Below are positions 22,040 to 35,268 of a stretch of DNA of 64,000 nt, in pieces. Positions within the stretch are counted from its first letter, which is position 1. Each line of letters opens with the position of its first letter. Under the pieces are notes generated by a model. It searched no databases. It was given only the letters and a program-made list of their open reading frames with translations, and was not told where the DNA came from. The DNA comes from Antedon mediterranea (taxonomy: Eukaryota; Animalia; Echinodermata): contig NC_092672.1 of assembly GCF_964355755.1 (NCBI RefSeq), positions 31,316,437-31,380,436 of the forward strand, written 5' to 3'. The position numbers and the translations under genes were made by a program.

Positions 22040-22945
22040 AAGGTACACCCCAATTAAGGGGACACTTCTGTGAAGCTAGCGAGGGGAAATATATGTTTTA
22101 ACAATACAGACAACCTATATTCAGGGAACACCCATTTTAAGGGGACATTTCTATGCTGAGGGGGCAACATGTTTTAACAATACGACCAACCCTATTCAAG
22201 GAACACTCCAATTAAGATGACATTTCTGTTAAGTTAGCGAGGGCAATATGTTTAACAATATGAACAACCTCTATTTAAGGGACATCCTTATTAAAGGACA
22301 TTTCTGTTAAGTTAGCGAGGGCAATATGTTTAACAATATGAACAACCTCTATTTAAGGAACACTCCAATTAAGATGACATTTCTGTTAAGTTAGCGAGGG
22401 CAATATGTTTAACAATACGACCAACCCTATTCAAGGAACACTCCAATTAAGATGACATTTCTGTTAAGTTAGCGAGGGCAATATGTTTAACAATATGAAC
22501 AACCTCTATTTAAGGAACAATCCAATTAAGATGACATTTCTGTTAAGTTAGCGAGGGCAATATGTTTAACAATATGAACAACCTCTATTTAAGGGACAAT
22601 CCAATTAAGATGACATTTCTGTTAAGTTAGCGAGGGCAATATGTTTAACAATATGAACAACCTCTATTTAAGGGACACTCCAATTAAGATGACATTTCTG
22701 TTAAGTTAGCGAGGGCAATATGTTTAACAATATGAACAACCTCTATTTAAGGGACACTCCAATTAAGATGACATTTCTGTTAAGTTAGCGAGGGCAATAT
22801 GTTTAACAATATGAACAACCTCTATTTAAGGAACAATCCAATTAAGATGACATTTCTGTTAAGTTAGCGAGGGCAATATGTTTAACAATATGAACAACCT
22901 CTATTTAAGGGACACTCCAATTAAGATGACATTTCTGTTAGTCCC
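22040..22945 (+). repeat. 79-bp tandem repeat (~11 copies) derived from the CAGTAGAACC MITE family
   Basis: Unit GACATTTCTGTTAAGTTAGCGAGGGCAATATGTTTAACAATATGAACAACCTCTATTTAAGGGACACTCCAATTAAGAT. It is preceded by a TAGTAGAATCC terminus at ~22016. Confidence 0.85.
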
Positions 22946-23779
22946 TCTATCTATATTCCTTGTTACTAATTTTAAAGGATGCCTAATTTTTATTACAAGC
23001 AAAATGCTATGTTGATGATGAATTGTTGTGAATTAGTGGACTTAGATATTCTTAGCTTGCTAAATAATTGCACAGGTAGGCCTACAAGCGTAAAAACAAA
23101 ATGCAATTGCAAAAGTTGTATTTATTTTGTGACCCCCAAAACATAGGACAAGGTTGAAGAGGATGAGCCATACAAAATGACATAAAGGTCACTGATTAAG
23201 TTGTTAACTATTTTAGTAGCATCTGAAAAGATATACTTAAATATATCTAAATAGATAATATAAATTAAAACAGTATTATTTGTAATGAGTTAGATGTGTG
23301 TGAAATTTAAATAGAATATAAATTTAATTTACTTAGTATTATTATAACAAAATGAGACAGTTAAAGACCACTTTACTTAGACGAGCGGGAACTTAAGCGG
23401 AAAACAATGTAGTAGAATCTGTATCTATCCTGAGTGGAAACCACCCTTACACTTTGCTTTGCGTTAATTCATATTTTACGACTTCCTGGTTAAATGGTCA
23501 TAAGGAATAAGACAGAGTTTCTATATTATTATTACCGTTACCATTCCTCTGTGTAAATTGGCCTTAATATATTGTTATGTTAGACAGTAAAACCCTTTGG
23601 GACAACACTATTTAGATGACACTTCACATAAAACGAACGAGGGGAACCTATGTTTTAACGCTACAAAGTGTGTGTTTTAATTCAAAGGAACAAATATATT
23701 TAAATCATCAGTATTTTATTAATGTATTTATTGTATAGGCCTTCTCCTCTATTATCACATAATAATTGCATTTTCGTTA

Positions 23780-25860
23780 TTTAAAAGGGCAATATTTTTT
23801 TCGAAAAAATCTCTGTACAGGGATTTTTTCCAAAACTGGTCACTATGGCTCTATAAAATGATACAAAGCAATATAAGTGCATATATAGCCATATTCTCGC
23901 ATAATAATTAAATTTTAAAAAAGCGATATTTTGGGCAAAAAAAATCCCTGTACTATATATAGTACAGGGAAATTTTCAAAAAATGACCGATTTTCGACCC
24001 TTTTATTTTTTTACATAAATGGTTACTATTGCATAATAAACAAGCGCAGAGACGAATATGGGTTCTGCGCATGTCAATTGTGCTATGGTAACCAGTTTTG
24101 AAATAAATGGTTACTATATATAGCATAATAAACATGCGCAGAGTCGACTAATGGGTTCTGCGCATGTTAATTGTGCTATAGTAATCAGTTTTATCGAAAA
24201 ATAAAATGGTCGAAAATTGGCAATTTTTTTGAAAAAATACCTGTACAGGGAAATTTTCGAAAATGGCCGATTTTCGACCCTTTTATTTTTGTACATAAAT
24301 GGTTACTATTGCATAATAAACAAGCGCAGAGACGAATAATGGGTTCTGCGCATGTCAATTGTGCTATTGTAACCAGTTTTGACATAAATGGTTACTATAG
24401 CATAATAAACATGCGCAGAGTCGACTAATGGGTTCTGCGCATGTTAATTGTGCTATAGTAACCAGTTTTATCGAAAAATAAAAAGGTCGAAAATTGGCCA
24501 TTTAAAAAAAAAATCCATGTACTAGTACAGGGAAATTTTCGAAAATGGCCGATTTTCGACCCTTTAATTTTTTGACATAAATGGTTACTATTGCATAATA
24601 AACATGCGCAGAGACGAATAATGGGTTCTGCGCATGTCAATTGTGCTATGGTAACCAGTTTTGAAATAAATGGTTACTATATATAGCATAATAAACATGC
24701 GCAGAGTCGACTAATGGGTTCTGCGCATGTTAATTGTGCTATAGTAATCAGTTTTATCGAAAAATAAAAAGGTCGAAAATTGGCAATTTTTTTGAAAAAT
24801 CCCTGTACTATAGTACAGGGAAATTTTCAAAAAATGACCGATTTTCGACCCTTTTATTTTTTTACATAAATGGTTACTATTGCATAATAAACAAAATTTT
24901 CGAAAATGGCCGATTTTCGACGCTTTAATTTTTTGACATAAATGGTTACTACTGCATAATAAACAACCGCAGAGACGAAAAATGGTTTCTGCGCATGTCA
25001 ATTGTGCTATGGTAAAAATAAAAAGGTCGAAAATGGCCGATTTTCGAACCTTTTATTTTTTGACATAAATGGTTACTATTGCATAATAAACATGCGCAGA
25101 GACGAATAATGGGTTCTCCGCATGTCAATTGTGCTATGGTAACCAGTTTTGACATAAATGGTTACTATAGCATAATAAACATGCACAGAGTCGACTAATG
25201 AGGTCTGCGCATGTTAATTGTGCTATAGTAACCACCAGTTTTATCGAAAAATAAAAAGGTCAAAAACTGGCAATTTTTTCGAAAAAATCCATGTACTATA
25301 GTACAGGGAAATTTTCGAAAATGGCCGATTTTCGAACCTTTTATTTTTTTACATAAATGGTTACTACTATTGCATAATAAACATGCGCAGAGTCGAATAA
25401 TGGGTTCTGCGCATGTCAATTGTGCTATGGTAACCAGTTTTGACATAAATGGTTACTATAGCATAATAAACATGCACAGAGTCGACTAATGAGGTCTGCG
25501 AATGTTAATTGTGCTATAGTAACCAGTTTTATCGAAAAATAAAAAAGTCGAAAACTGGCAATTTTTTCGAAAAAATCCATGTACTATAGTACAGGGAAAT
25601 TTTCGAAAATGGCCGATTTTCGACCCTTAAATTTTTTGACATAAATGGTTACTATTGCATAATAAACAAGCGCTGAGACGAATAATGGGTTCTGCGCATG
25701 TCAATTGTGCTATGGTAACCAGTTTTGACATTAATGGTTACTATAGCACAATTGACCTGTGCAGAACCAATTATTCGACTCTGCGCATGTTTATTATGCT
25801 ATAAAAATGGCCGATTTTCGACCCTTAAATTTTTTTACATAAATGGTTACTATTGCATAA
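23780..25860. repeat. Tandem array of ~285-bp palindromic (MITE-like) units; resumes at 30129-30190 and ~31440-31730
   Basis: Each unit is bounded by inverted TACAGGGAAATTTTCGAAAATGGCCGATTTTCGACC...GGTCGAAAATTGGCAATTTTTTGAAAAATCCCTGTA and holds two ~85-bp hairpin modules (CATGCGCAGA...TCTGCGCATG). Confidence 0.85.
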
Positions 25861-28800
25861 TAGTGGAGTCTGTTAGGGCTGAAATAAGGGTGTTTGGTTC
25901 AGTTTCTTCCAAAAGCACCAAATTTGGTATACAGGTTGCCCACCCTATACAAATTCAATTTTTGATGGGCGCCAAGCAAAATGACCCCTTGGGTTACCTA
26001 ATTTGCATAATTTAAAATGGCGGACATTTTCGCTTAAACAGTCTATATCTCTAAAAATAGTGGTCATAGGGAGTTGATTTTTAGCCCAAAATGTTCAGAA
26101 CATAAACATTCCTAATTACTCTAATGAAGTATTTTTTTAAAAAATGACCGGAAGTACCAGTTTTAACCTTTGACCCATATTTTAAGGCATTGCCATATCT
26201 CAGTAAATATTTGTCACAGACAGTTTATTTAAGTGTCAAATTGTTCAGAATATATATGTTACTATTTAATTTAATGAAACATTTTATCCAAAAATGACCG
26301 GAAGTACTCAGTTTTGCCTTTGACCGTTACGGTGTAATTACCAAAATTGTTTCGGTTAATACATTTTGATATCCATAAAACTACTTGTCATAGAGAGTTA
26401 ATTTTGGTGTCAAAATGTTCAGAACATAAACATTTCTATTTACTATAATAAAGTTTTTTCTCAAATAATGACCAGAAATACCATATTTGATCTTTGACCT
26501 GTTTTTTCAGGCAAATTGCCATATCTCATTATTGGGTTGGAGTGGAAAGTTCATTTTGGTATCAGATTGTTCAGAATATATATGTTTCTATTCTGCTTAA
26601 AAGAAGATTTTTCAAAAAAATTTCAGGAAGTATAGTTATTGACTTGTTAAATACATAAAATTTATAAATTTGTTCAGTTAATTGTATAGTTAACTGTATA
26701 TTTATGATATTATCTTGCAACCCACTTTTGAGCACTTGTCGAAGATGGCTGCTTGCATGTGCAATTGAACAAAGTATACTGAACAAAATTGAATAGATTG
26801 TCCTATTTGTAGTGAGTCTAGAGTAATGTAAATGAGAAATGAGAAAATTGTATATACAAAAAATACCCAATCTCATCTAATCGAGTACTTAAATGAAGTC
26901 TTCCACATATTTAGCAATAATGTGTAGGCCTACTGATGAAATCCAGAAAAAGTTTTGTTTTGGAAAGTTAGTGTTTCCGTCACTTGTGCTTGCTGTTGCA
27001 TAACAATTTCATGTTGCTACATTTCTCTTTGTTGCCATAACACGAACAACCACTGAATGGGGAAAAGACACCGAAGATTTCTGTCCTCCAGACCTAAGTC
27101 CAGCTTGGTGGTTCTCAACGATTTTCAAATAAAAAAAAAAAAAAGAAACCGACCATATACAGTAATCATCTAGAAGAGATTGGATGAATAGGAACAGTTT
27201 TGTTACTAATGACATGTTACGCTCTAGTATCCTCTTTTTCATATATTGCCCTTTTTTCAAACTTAAAATGAACTCTGTATTGCATGTCCTTGACTATGTG
27301 AACAATGCAAATTTTATGAATGGAAATGTTGTGCAAAAATCAACAAAAAGGTTTAGCCTCATTTCTAAGAAACAATATCATACTCAAGCTCAGAACATGA
27401 TGGGGCATTTCGTCTTTACGAGAACACTGAAAATATTACAATTACCATACATGTGCTTATGGTGACTGAACCAACCAGACTGTTCAAGGATTGCTAAAGA
27501 AGTTTGAATAAGCCATTATTTTCCAAATACTCGATATGAGAAAGGACACATCATTCAATACTTTGAAAATGTACATAAAAGAAATGAAAGTAATAAAAGT
27601 AAATCTGTTAATGAGGTTAAAACAGCTCATCAATACATTATGTTACACAAGCCAAGAGTTGTTACCAATTCCAATATAACAACAATTTAACATTTACTAA
27701 TCAACCAAAAATCAAGTAAAAGGGCAACAATGAAAAAGATGATACTAAGGCGTATGTCATAAGTATCAGATTAATACTACCAAACTAATATACTCATGGT
27801 TTGTGAAAGAATATTTCATTATTCCAATGTCACAACTAAAATGGGAAGAGTACTTCAATGATAACAACATTGATTGGAAAACTTCTTGGTTACGGAAAGT
27901 ATGTAAAATGAAAGATAAGAAACTAGCACAATTCAATTATAAGATGTTACATAGAATACTGCCTACCAACAAACGGCTGTATCAGTGGAAAAATAAGGAA
28001 ACACAAATGTGTGACAAATGTGGAGAAATTGAAAATGAAAATCATTTGTTTTTTAGTTGTAGATTTATTCAGAAATATTGGAGGAAAATGCTTAGTATCT
28101 TTGTAAGTTTAAATCACAATAATATATCATTTAAACAATTAATACTAGGAACGGAAGATAAGCTAATAGATTATATTTACACTTTTGCAGCATTTACTAT
28201 TTATAGAATAAAAATGTTATCTGCACTAAATAAGCCAGTGGGTAAATCTTTATGGAATTCATTTAAAAGCAATATGTTATATAACATTGAATGTGAAACA
28301 TATAACAATAAAGAAACAAGTAAGAAAAATGGGTAGCTTTAAGAAATAAGATTATGATAATATAATTTCTAATTTGATACGATTAACTGAAAAAGAATTA
28401 CAGTGATACGGGTTACTGGTGGTACTGAGCTATTATTGTTTTTTTTATCATGTATATAAATGTATTGTATAATCCGGGTTGTAAAATGAAAACAAACAAA
28501 TGAAAATGTGTGAACTATTTTAAAACGGGATAGATGATAATGATGATCCTGTCAAGTGTATAACAAAATATAAGAAAATTAATGAAAAAAGGAGTAATAC
28601 AGAATTCATATATGTAAAAATGTTACTTATGAACTGTAACAACATTTACAAGTTAAATAATACGATTTTATGTAATATGAGATAATATGAATGTGAATAA
28701 AAGTGGTGTTTGCGCCACAAAAGAGAAAAAAAAAGTAACAAAACTGTAATACCCAAATCGTGTCCAGATGATGGCCAAATTTAAAAAAATTAAAATTCGA

Positions 28801-30128
28801 GAATTCTGCCAAGTTTGGCGGACCAAGGATTACTTTAGGTCTGGTGGAAAAAAATATATATTTCAGTTGTGGTTCGTGATATGGCAACAGTAGTCTAGTT
28901 TTTATATTGTGCATCCCGAAAATGTCCATCCTTTTAATTAGTAGGTTATACCCCAGTTTGAAGGCCCTTTAAAGAAAGATACTCAGCGAAGCAATGCAAT
29001 ATAGGACAATTACCCTGAATGTAACAACCAAACAAACACAAGTGATGGAAACACTAACTTTCCAAAACAAAACTTGAATAGATTTCATCAGTAAACATTA
29101 TTGCTAAATGTGTAGAAGACTTCATTTAAGTACTCGATTAGATGAGAATGAGATTGGGTATTTTTTGTATATACAATTTTCTCTCATTTGCGTTACTCTA
29201 GACTCACTACAAATAGGACTATATTCAACTTCATTCAGTATACTTCGTTCAATTGCACATGCAAGTAGCCATCTTCGACAAGTGCTCAAAAGTGGATTGC
29301 AAAATAATATAAATATACAGTTAACTTGAACAAATTTATAATTTTATGTATGTAACAGGTCAACTGTACTTCCTGACATTTTTTGGAAAAATCTTCTATT
29401 AAACATAATAGTAACATATATATTCTGAACAATCTGACACCAAAATGAACTTTCCACGCCAACCCAATAATGAGATATAGCAATTTGCCTGAAAAAACAG
29501 GTCAAAGGTCAAATATGGTATTTCTGGTCATTATTTGAGAAAAAACTTTATTATAGTAAATAGAAATGTTTATGTTCTGAACATTTTGACACCAACATTA
29601 ACTCTCTATGACAAGTAGTTTTATGGATATCAAAATATATTAACCGTAACAAGGTTGGTAATTACACCGTAACGGTCAAAGGCAAAACTGAGTACTTCCG
29701 GTCATTTTAGGATAAAATGTTTCATTAAACTAAATAGTAACACATATATTCTGAACAATTTGACACTTAAATAAACTGTCTGTGACAACTATTTACTGAG
29801 ATATGGCAATTCCTTAAAATATGGGTCAAAGGTTAAAACTGGTACTTCCGGTCATTTTTTTCAAAAATACTTCATTAGAGTAAATAGGAATGTTTATGTT
29901 CTGAACATTTTGAGCTAAAAATCAACTCTCTATGACCAGTAGTTTCAGAGATATAGACTGTTTAAGCGAAAGTGTCCGCCATTTAAAATTATGCAAATTA
30001 GGTGACCCAAGGGGTCATTTTGCTTGGCGCCCATCAAAAATTTAATTTGTATAGGGTGGGCAACCTGTATACCAAATTTGATGCTTTTGGAAAAAAGTGA
30101 ACCAAAATATCCCTAACAGACTCCACTA
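25861..30128. mobile_element. Academ-type DNA transposon (non-autonomous) with ~1.1-kb terminal inverted repeats
   Basis: Termini TAGTGGAGTCTGTTAGGG and CCCTAACAGACTCCACTA. 3-bp TSD TAA at 25858-25860 and 30129-30131 inside the satellite motif GCATAATAAAC. The arms 25861-~26988 and ~29037-30128 are reverse complements. Confidence 0.85.
27530..28600 (+). mobile_element. 5'-truncated L1/Tx1-clade LINE (zf-RVT zinc-finger region of ORF2) nested in the Academ element
   Basis: ORF 27803-28336: KLAQFNYKMLHRILPTNKRLYQWK...CDKCGEIENENHLFFSC...W, the CX2C...HX4C motif. Boundaries are approximate. Confidence 0.75.
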
Positions 30129-30189
30129 TAATAAACAAGCGCAGAGTCGAATAATGGCTTCTGCGCATGTCAATTCTTCTATAGTAATG

Positions 30190-31182
30190 GTGCCACTTCC
30201 AATTCTCTCCCAGTCATCTCAGGCGTGCCTCAAGGTTCCATTCTTGCCCCCCTGCTGTTCAATATATTTGTTAATGAAATACCAAATCTCTTTCAAAATT
30301 CCAACTGTCTTATGTTCGCTGACGACCTCAAGATTTACAAAATTATTACCACTACTGAGGACTCCGTTGCACTTCAGGCAGATCTGGAAAGACTCGGTAC
30401 GTGGGTTTCAGACTGCAAAATGTCCCTGAAGTCCGAGAAATGCAAAGTCCTGTCTTGCTCTCTTAAGAAAAAACCTATTATTTTCGCTTACTCAGTTCAA
30501 GAAGAAGTCATTGAAAGTGTAAACTCTTACCGGGACCTCGGTATTTTCATCGACCGTAAACTGACATTAATTATTTCACACGTTGATCATGTTGTCAGAA
30601 AGGCCAATAGGCTGCTTGGGCTGATGTGGCGCAATTGCAAACATTTTTCTCCATACACCAAACGTGCGCTTTATCTTTCCCTCGTCCAACAACCATCTTT
30701 TAATTTCTGTTCAATTATTTACAATTCACTCTCTGCTTCTCAAGCCTCCAGAATTGATCGGACCCATAACAAGTTCTTGCGCTTTGTCGGCCCAGCAGCC
30801 AACCTACCTGCCTCCTATTGTTTCAGGACTTGCACTTCCTGTATAAATGTCTTACTTCTAAGTTTGATTGTGATCTTGTTTATTTTAATGTTCCTGTTCG
30901 TAATCTTCGTAGTAAACCCTTTCTTCATGTTAAATATTCTCGTGTCAATGTTTGTAAAAATGGTATTTTCTGTAGACTCTCGTCATTGTACAATTCATGT
31001 CTTTTAAAAAATAATTCTTTAGATATTTTTAACTGTAATTTTTCTCAATTTAAATGTATTATTAATGAAATTATTTAAATTTTCTTTTTCATTTGTATAT
31101 ATTTATATTGGCTCATATTTTATAGTTTAGTTTTTATTTTCAACCTGTTATTGGTGTTTTACACTGTTGGTTTGATATAAAG
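30190..31182 (+). mobile_element. 5'-truncated CR1/L2-group LINE with reverse-transcriptase remnant (frameshifted)
   Basis: SGVPQGSILAPLLFNIFVNEI...CLMFADDLKIYK...YRDLGIFIDRKL...KANRLLGLM. The C-terminus continues in another frame (30818-31078). Confidence 0.85.
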
Positions 31183-32019
31183 AACATTACACAGCTTGCT
31201 GTGCAATTAACACCATTGTTGTGCACTTGAATGGGTTTCCTATGACATAATAGGTGTTAATATGTCAATTGAGTGAGTCTTTCATGGCATTTGTAGTTGA
31301 GTTAGTCTTTGGTGACAATAGTAACACACACTTGTAATTGAGTGGTAATTTGATTTTTAAATTTCATATTTCTAGTTAAAATTTTGAATATCTGAATATA
31401 CCACAAGGTGTATCATTCCCTAAATAGCCCAAAAAGCTAAAAAAGTGATTTTTGAAAAATGTGTCAGTTGAGTTGAGTGATTTTCGACCCTTTTATTTTT
31501 CGACAAAACTGGTCACTATGGCTCTATAAGATGATACAAAGCAATATAAGAGCCATATTATCACATAATAATTGAATTTTAAAAAGGTGATATTTTGGGC
31601 ATTTTTCGAAAAAATCTCTGTACTAAATAGAACAGGGATATTTTTTTTTAAATTGCAAAATTTCGACCCTTTTATTTTTCGACAAAATTGGTCACTATGG
31701 CTCTATAAGACAAAAATCCCTGTACAAAGATAGAATAGATTGAATGTCCTGTATCATTTGAAGAGCACTCGTTCCTGATTTGGTCCGAAAGGTTAAAGGT
31801 TAAGCATGAATGAGAGACACAATATATTGGTTATCGATTCCAAGTGCTTTATTTGATATTGATTAAGATGATGTTAGTGATCACAGCTAAATGTGAGCAA
31901 TAGCCAAATGGAAATACAAAACAAACCTATAATTATAAAATACAGTACGAATGATATTGCTAGAAATGTCATTAAAACATAGAGATGAATGTCCATCCTA
32001 TGAGTTTTCAAATTTTACG

Positions 32020-32480
32020 ATGACCAGGACCGTTTTTTGATCGTTAGTTTTACGATAAGAACACCTGTATTATGTAAATGAGATGATCATGATATTACTT
32101 GTGTAAGCTATAGCCAATTAACCGTTGTTTTTGATCATTAGAGAACCACCTTTGGTATAATGCAAATGAGATGATCGTGCAATAGGTAAAACTATCCGAT
32201 TACCTGTTAGCTTTTTCGATCACTTGGAGAACTTATGCAAATTAGGCGATCGTGATATACATGTGTGCAAGCTAGCCAATTAACCATTGTTTTTGATCAC
32301 CAGAGAACCACCTTGATCTTATGCAAATGAGGTGATCGTGATATACATGTGGGCAAGCTAGCCAATTAACAGTTGTTTTCGATCACTAGAGAACCACCTT
32401 GGTCTTATGCAAATGAGGTGATTGTGTGATATGTAAACAAGCAAATTAACCGTTTTAATGAGGTGATCGAATAATTGTAT
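32020..32480 (+). repeat. Degenerate ~85-bp tandem repeat carrying ATGCAAAT and CCAAT motifs
   Basis: About 5 copies of TTATGCAAATGAGGTGATCGTGATATAC...GCTAGCCAATTAACC...GATCACTAGAGAACCACC. Confidence 0.7.
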
Positions 32481-33601
32481 GATGTCTCGGATCATTACGC
32501 AATATACACGAAGCCTTTAAAATGCAAGCACAATTTACTGAGGTGATTGTCACTGATATACGTTGTTGCAAGAGTCTTCAACCATTTGGAAATGTCATTG
32601 CATGACTACAATCATTAATGTAACCCATTCTCACCCCCATCCTGGTCATAGTAAAATTGAAATTTCTCATATTGTTTGATCATTTTAACAGTGTGCAAAC
32701 ATAAGCTCTCGCATACAGTTTTACAGTCATTTTAAGTACATTGTGTGGGCACTTGATTTAATAATCTGCATGTAGTAGGCTAGCCATATTGTGCTTATAT
32801 TGACACAAAGTTTTGAATTTTGAATAGCCATAACAATTTATCACAAATTTGGACAAGCCAAGCATGGAGTTCAAAACGCTACAATTGTACGACATATACA
32901 ATAGATCAATATTGAACAGTGAATCTAACATTTTTTTTGTTTCCTTTTTAAATTTGTAATGTGGGTTGCATAAGATGATTATTATGATTATCGAATATAA
33001 CACAAAAATAATTGTAGATTAAAAAAAAAAGAATTACACTATCAATTAATCCTATTAAACAAAAAATGAGAGTTCATTTTAGAAAATAATAATTCTGGAT
33101 TAACAAAACATAAATTACCCTTCCTTTTCTATAACAAAAGATATTGATACTTTTACTTAAAGATAGTTTAAGCATGTTCTTAATGTCCACTTTAAAAAAC
33201 CCAGTAGAATTCATTTAGGATACCTCTATTTAGGAGGGTCACTCCTATTAAAGAAATACTCGTAAAATGAATGAGGAGAAATATATGATTTAACAGTCAC
33301 TGTGGTCAACCCCTATCAAGGGGACACCTCTATTAAAGGGACACTTTGTTGAGCCCCAAGTATTCACTTCAAATGTATAAACAAAAATATTCTAAAATAA
33401 AACCTGAATATTGATTATGCATCTTACACTGATATTTAATAATATACATTATTTTATTTTACAATTTCATATTTACTACGTACATATATAATTATATCTT
33501 AATATACAAAGGAAGAGCGTCGTTGGTACACTACACATATGTTACAAAATTTAAAGTGAGATCGTAGGCCTACAGTAAACAAGCTCGATTCATTATTTGT
33601 A

Positions 33602-34020
33602 CAGTAGAACACCTATTAAGGTACCCAAGAAATGTACCCCTTAATAGGGGTTGGCTGTAACGTTAAAATATATATGTCTTGTTTGTTTCATGAGAAAGTG
33701 TCCCTTGAATATTGAATAGAGTGTTGGCCATAACGTTAAAAGATCCTCTTTCGTTTCACCGGAAGGTGGCCCCTTAACAAAAGTCCCCTGAATTGGTCAT
33801 AGCATTTAAAAAATACTATTGTCCTATGTTCATTTCATGGGGAAGTGTTCTCTTAAATAGGAGCGTGTTCCCTTAATAGGGGCGTGTTCATTTCATGGGG
33901 AAGTGTTCTCTTAATAGGGAAGTGTTCTCTTAATAGGGGCGTATTCCCTTAATAGGGGCGTGTTCATTTCATGGGGAAGTGTTCCCTTAATAGGGGCGTC
34001 CCAAAGGAGGTGTTGTACTG
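33602..34020. mobile_element. TA-flanked MITE of the CAGTAGAAC family with internal short duplications
   Basis: TA-CAGTAGAACACCT ... AGGTGTTGTACTG-TA. Confidence 0.7.
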
Positions 34021-35124
34021 TATTTTAAATTAAGGAAGGGGATACAATAACGAATTGTGTTGGAAAACATAAAATATTCCAGAAATTAAATACACACTAC
34101 ATTTTAACGGTACTGTAGAATTAACATATTACAAATGAAAATATTTTTTGAGAAATAATATGAGACTTAAATAATTATTAAAAAATTATTCTTGAAATTG
34201 TTTAGTAATTCTGTAAAAATTTCTCCATCAATTTATATCTTTTTAAAATGTTTTATGATAACCTAATTATCTAGGTCTATCTAATTAATTAATTCAATTT
34301 AAGCATAGCTTTGTGTCTGACACCCATCTGTGTTAACAGTAGTATTCAATTATACCCCCACCCCTGGGTACTGGCATCTTTTTATCTTTAAACAATTATT
34401 TTATCAAAGCCTTATTGTATTTTTAACTTTACAAATTTAAAACCAACTTCTAATTTTATTAATATAAAAATGTTCTAATTTTCAATAAATAATACCAATA
34501 ATGCTTATTAATATTTCATAAAAATATTACTTATAATTTATTTGTTTTCTAGACAATTAATTCATTTTATAGTTTCTTTCTGTTAATATATTATTTTGTT
34601 ATTATTTTTTTGGGACTAAAATGAGAAAAATCAACAATTTTATACAAATATTTGATAAATAGGTATTGATGACAGTAAAACTATTAACAGATTAATTTTC
34701 AATTTACAATGTAATTGAAAAATAAAATTTAAAATAGTAAATAAAATAAAGTATTTACCATCTGGCATGGTTATATGTTATTTACAAGAGAAAAAAGAAA
34801 GAGAATCCATCATACCCATATTAAGATTGTCTACCAACCCCTATATTATTCTCATATAAAAATTAATTTGTATACATTGATTGCACCTTATGTTTCACTC
34901 CCTCTATTGTTACGAAAAAAAGAGAAAAAGCTAAAACGTATTTCATTAGTTCATTACCCATTACATTGAGGGCAGTACAACATGTTTGTGAGATATCGAA
35001 TTATTATTAATTGAACAGCTGCAATACAGTTTGTGGTTATACACTGTTATAAAGTATCATGCGATCTTACATAGAAACATTGATCGACCATTCATCACAA
35101 TTATCCATAGAATCTCTAATAACC

Positions 35125-35268
35125 CAGTGTTCCAATCAACGGTTGCCATTAAATATAGTGTTCCAATCAACGGTTGCCATTAAATGGTGTTCCAATCAAC
35201 AGTCGCCATTGAATAGTGTTCCAATCAATGGTTGCCATTAAATATAGTGTTCCAATCAACGGCTACTA
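35125..35268. repeat. ~30-bp tandem repeat in the presumed Rap1GAP 3' UTR
   Basis: GTGTTCCAATCAACGGTTGCCATTAAAT x5. Confidence 0.75.

Noticed and set aside
23953-26015. Repeated Cys-rich ORFs (CAEPIIRLCACLLCNSNHLC)
   Set aside because: These come from satellite monomers, with inconsistent frames and no splice structure.
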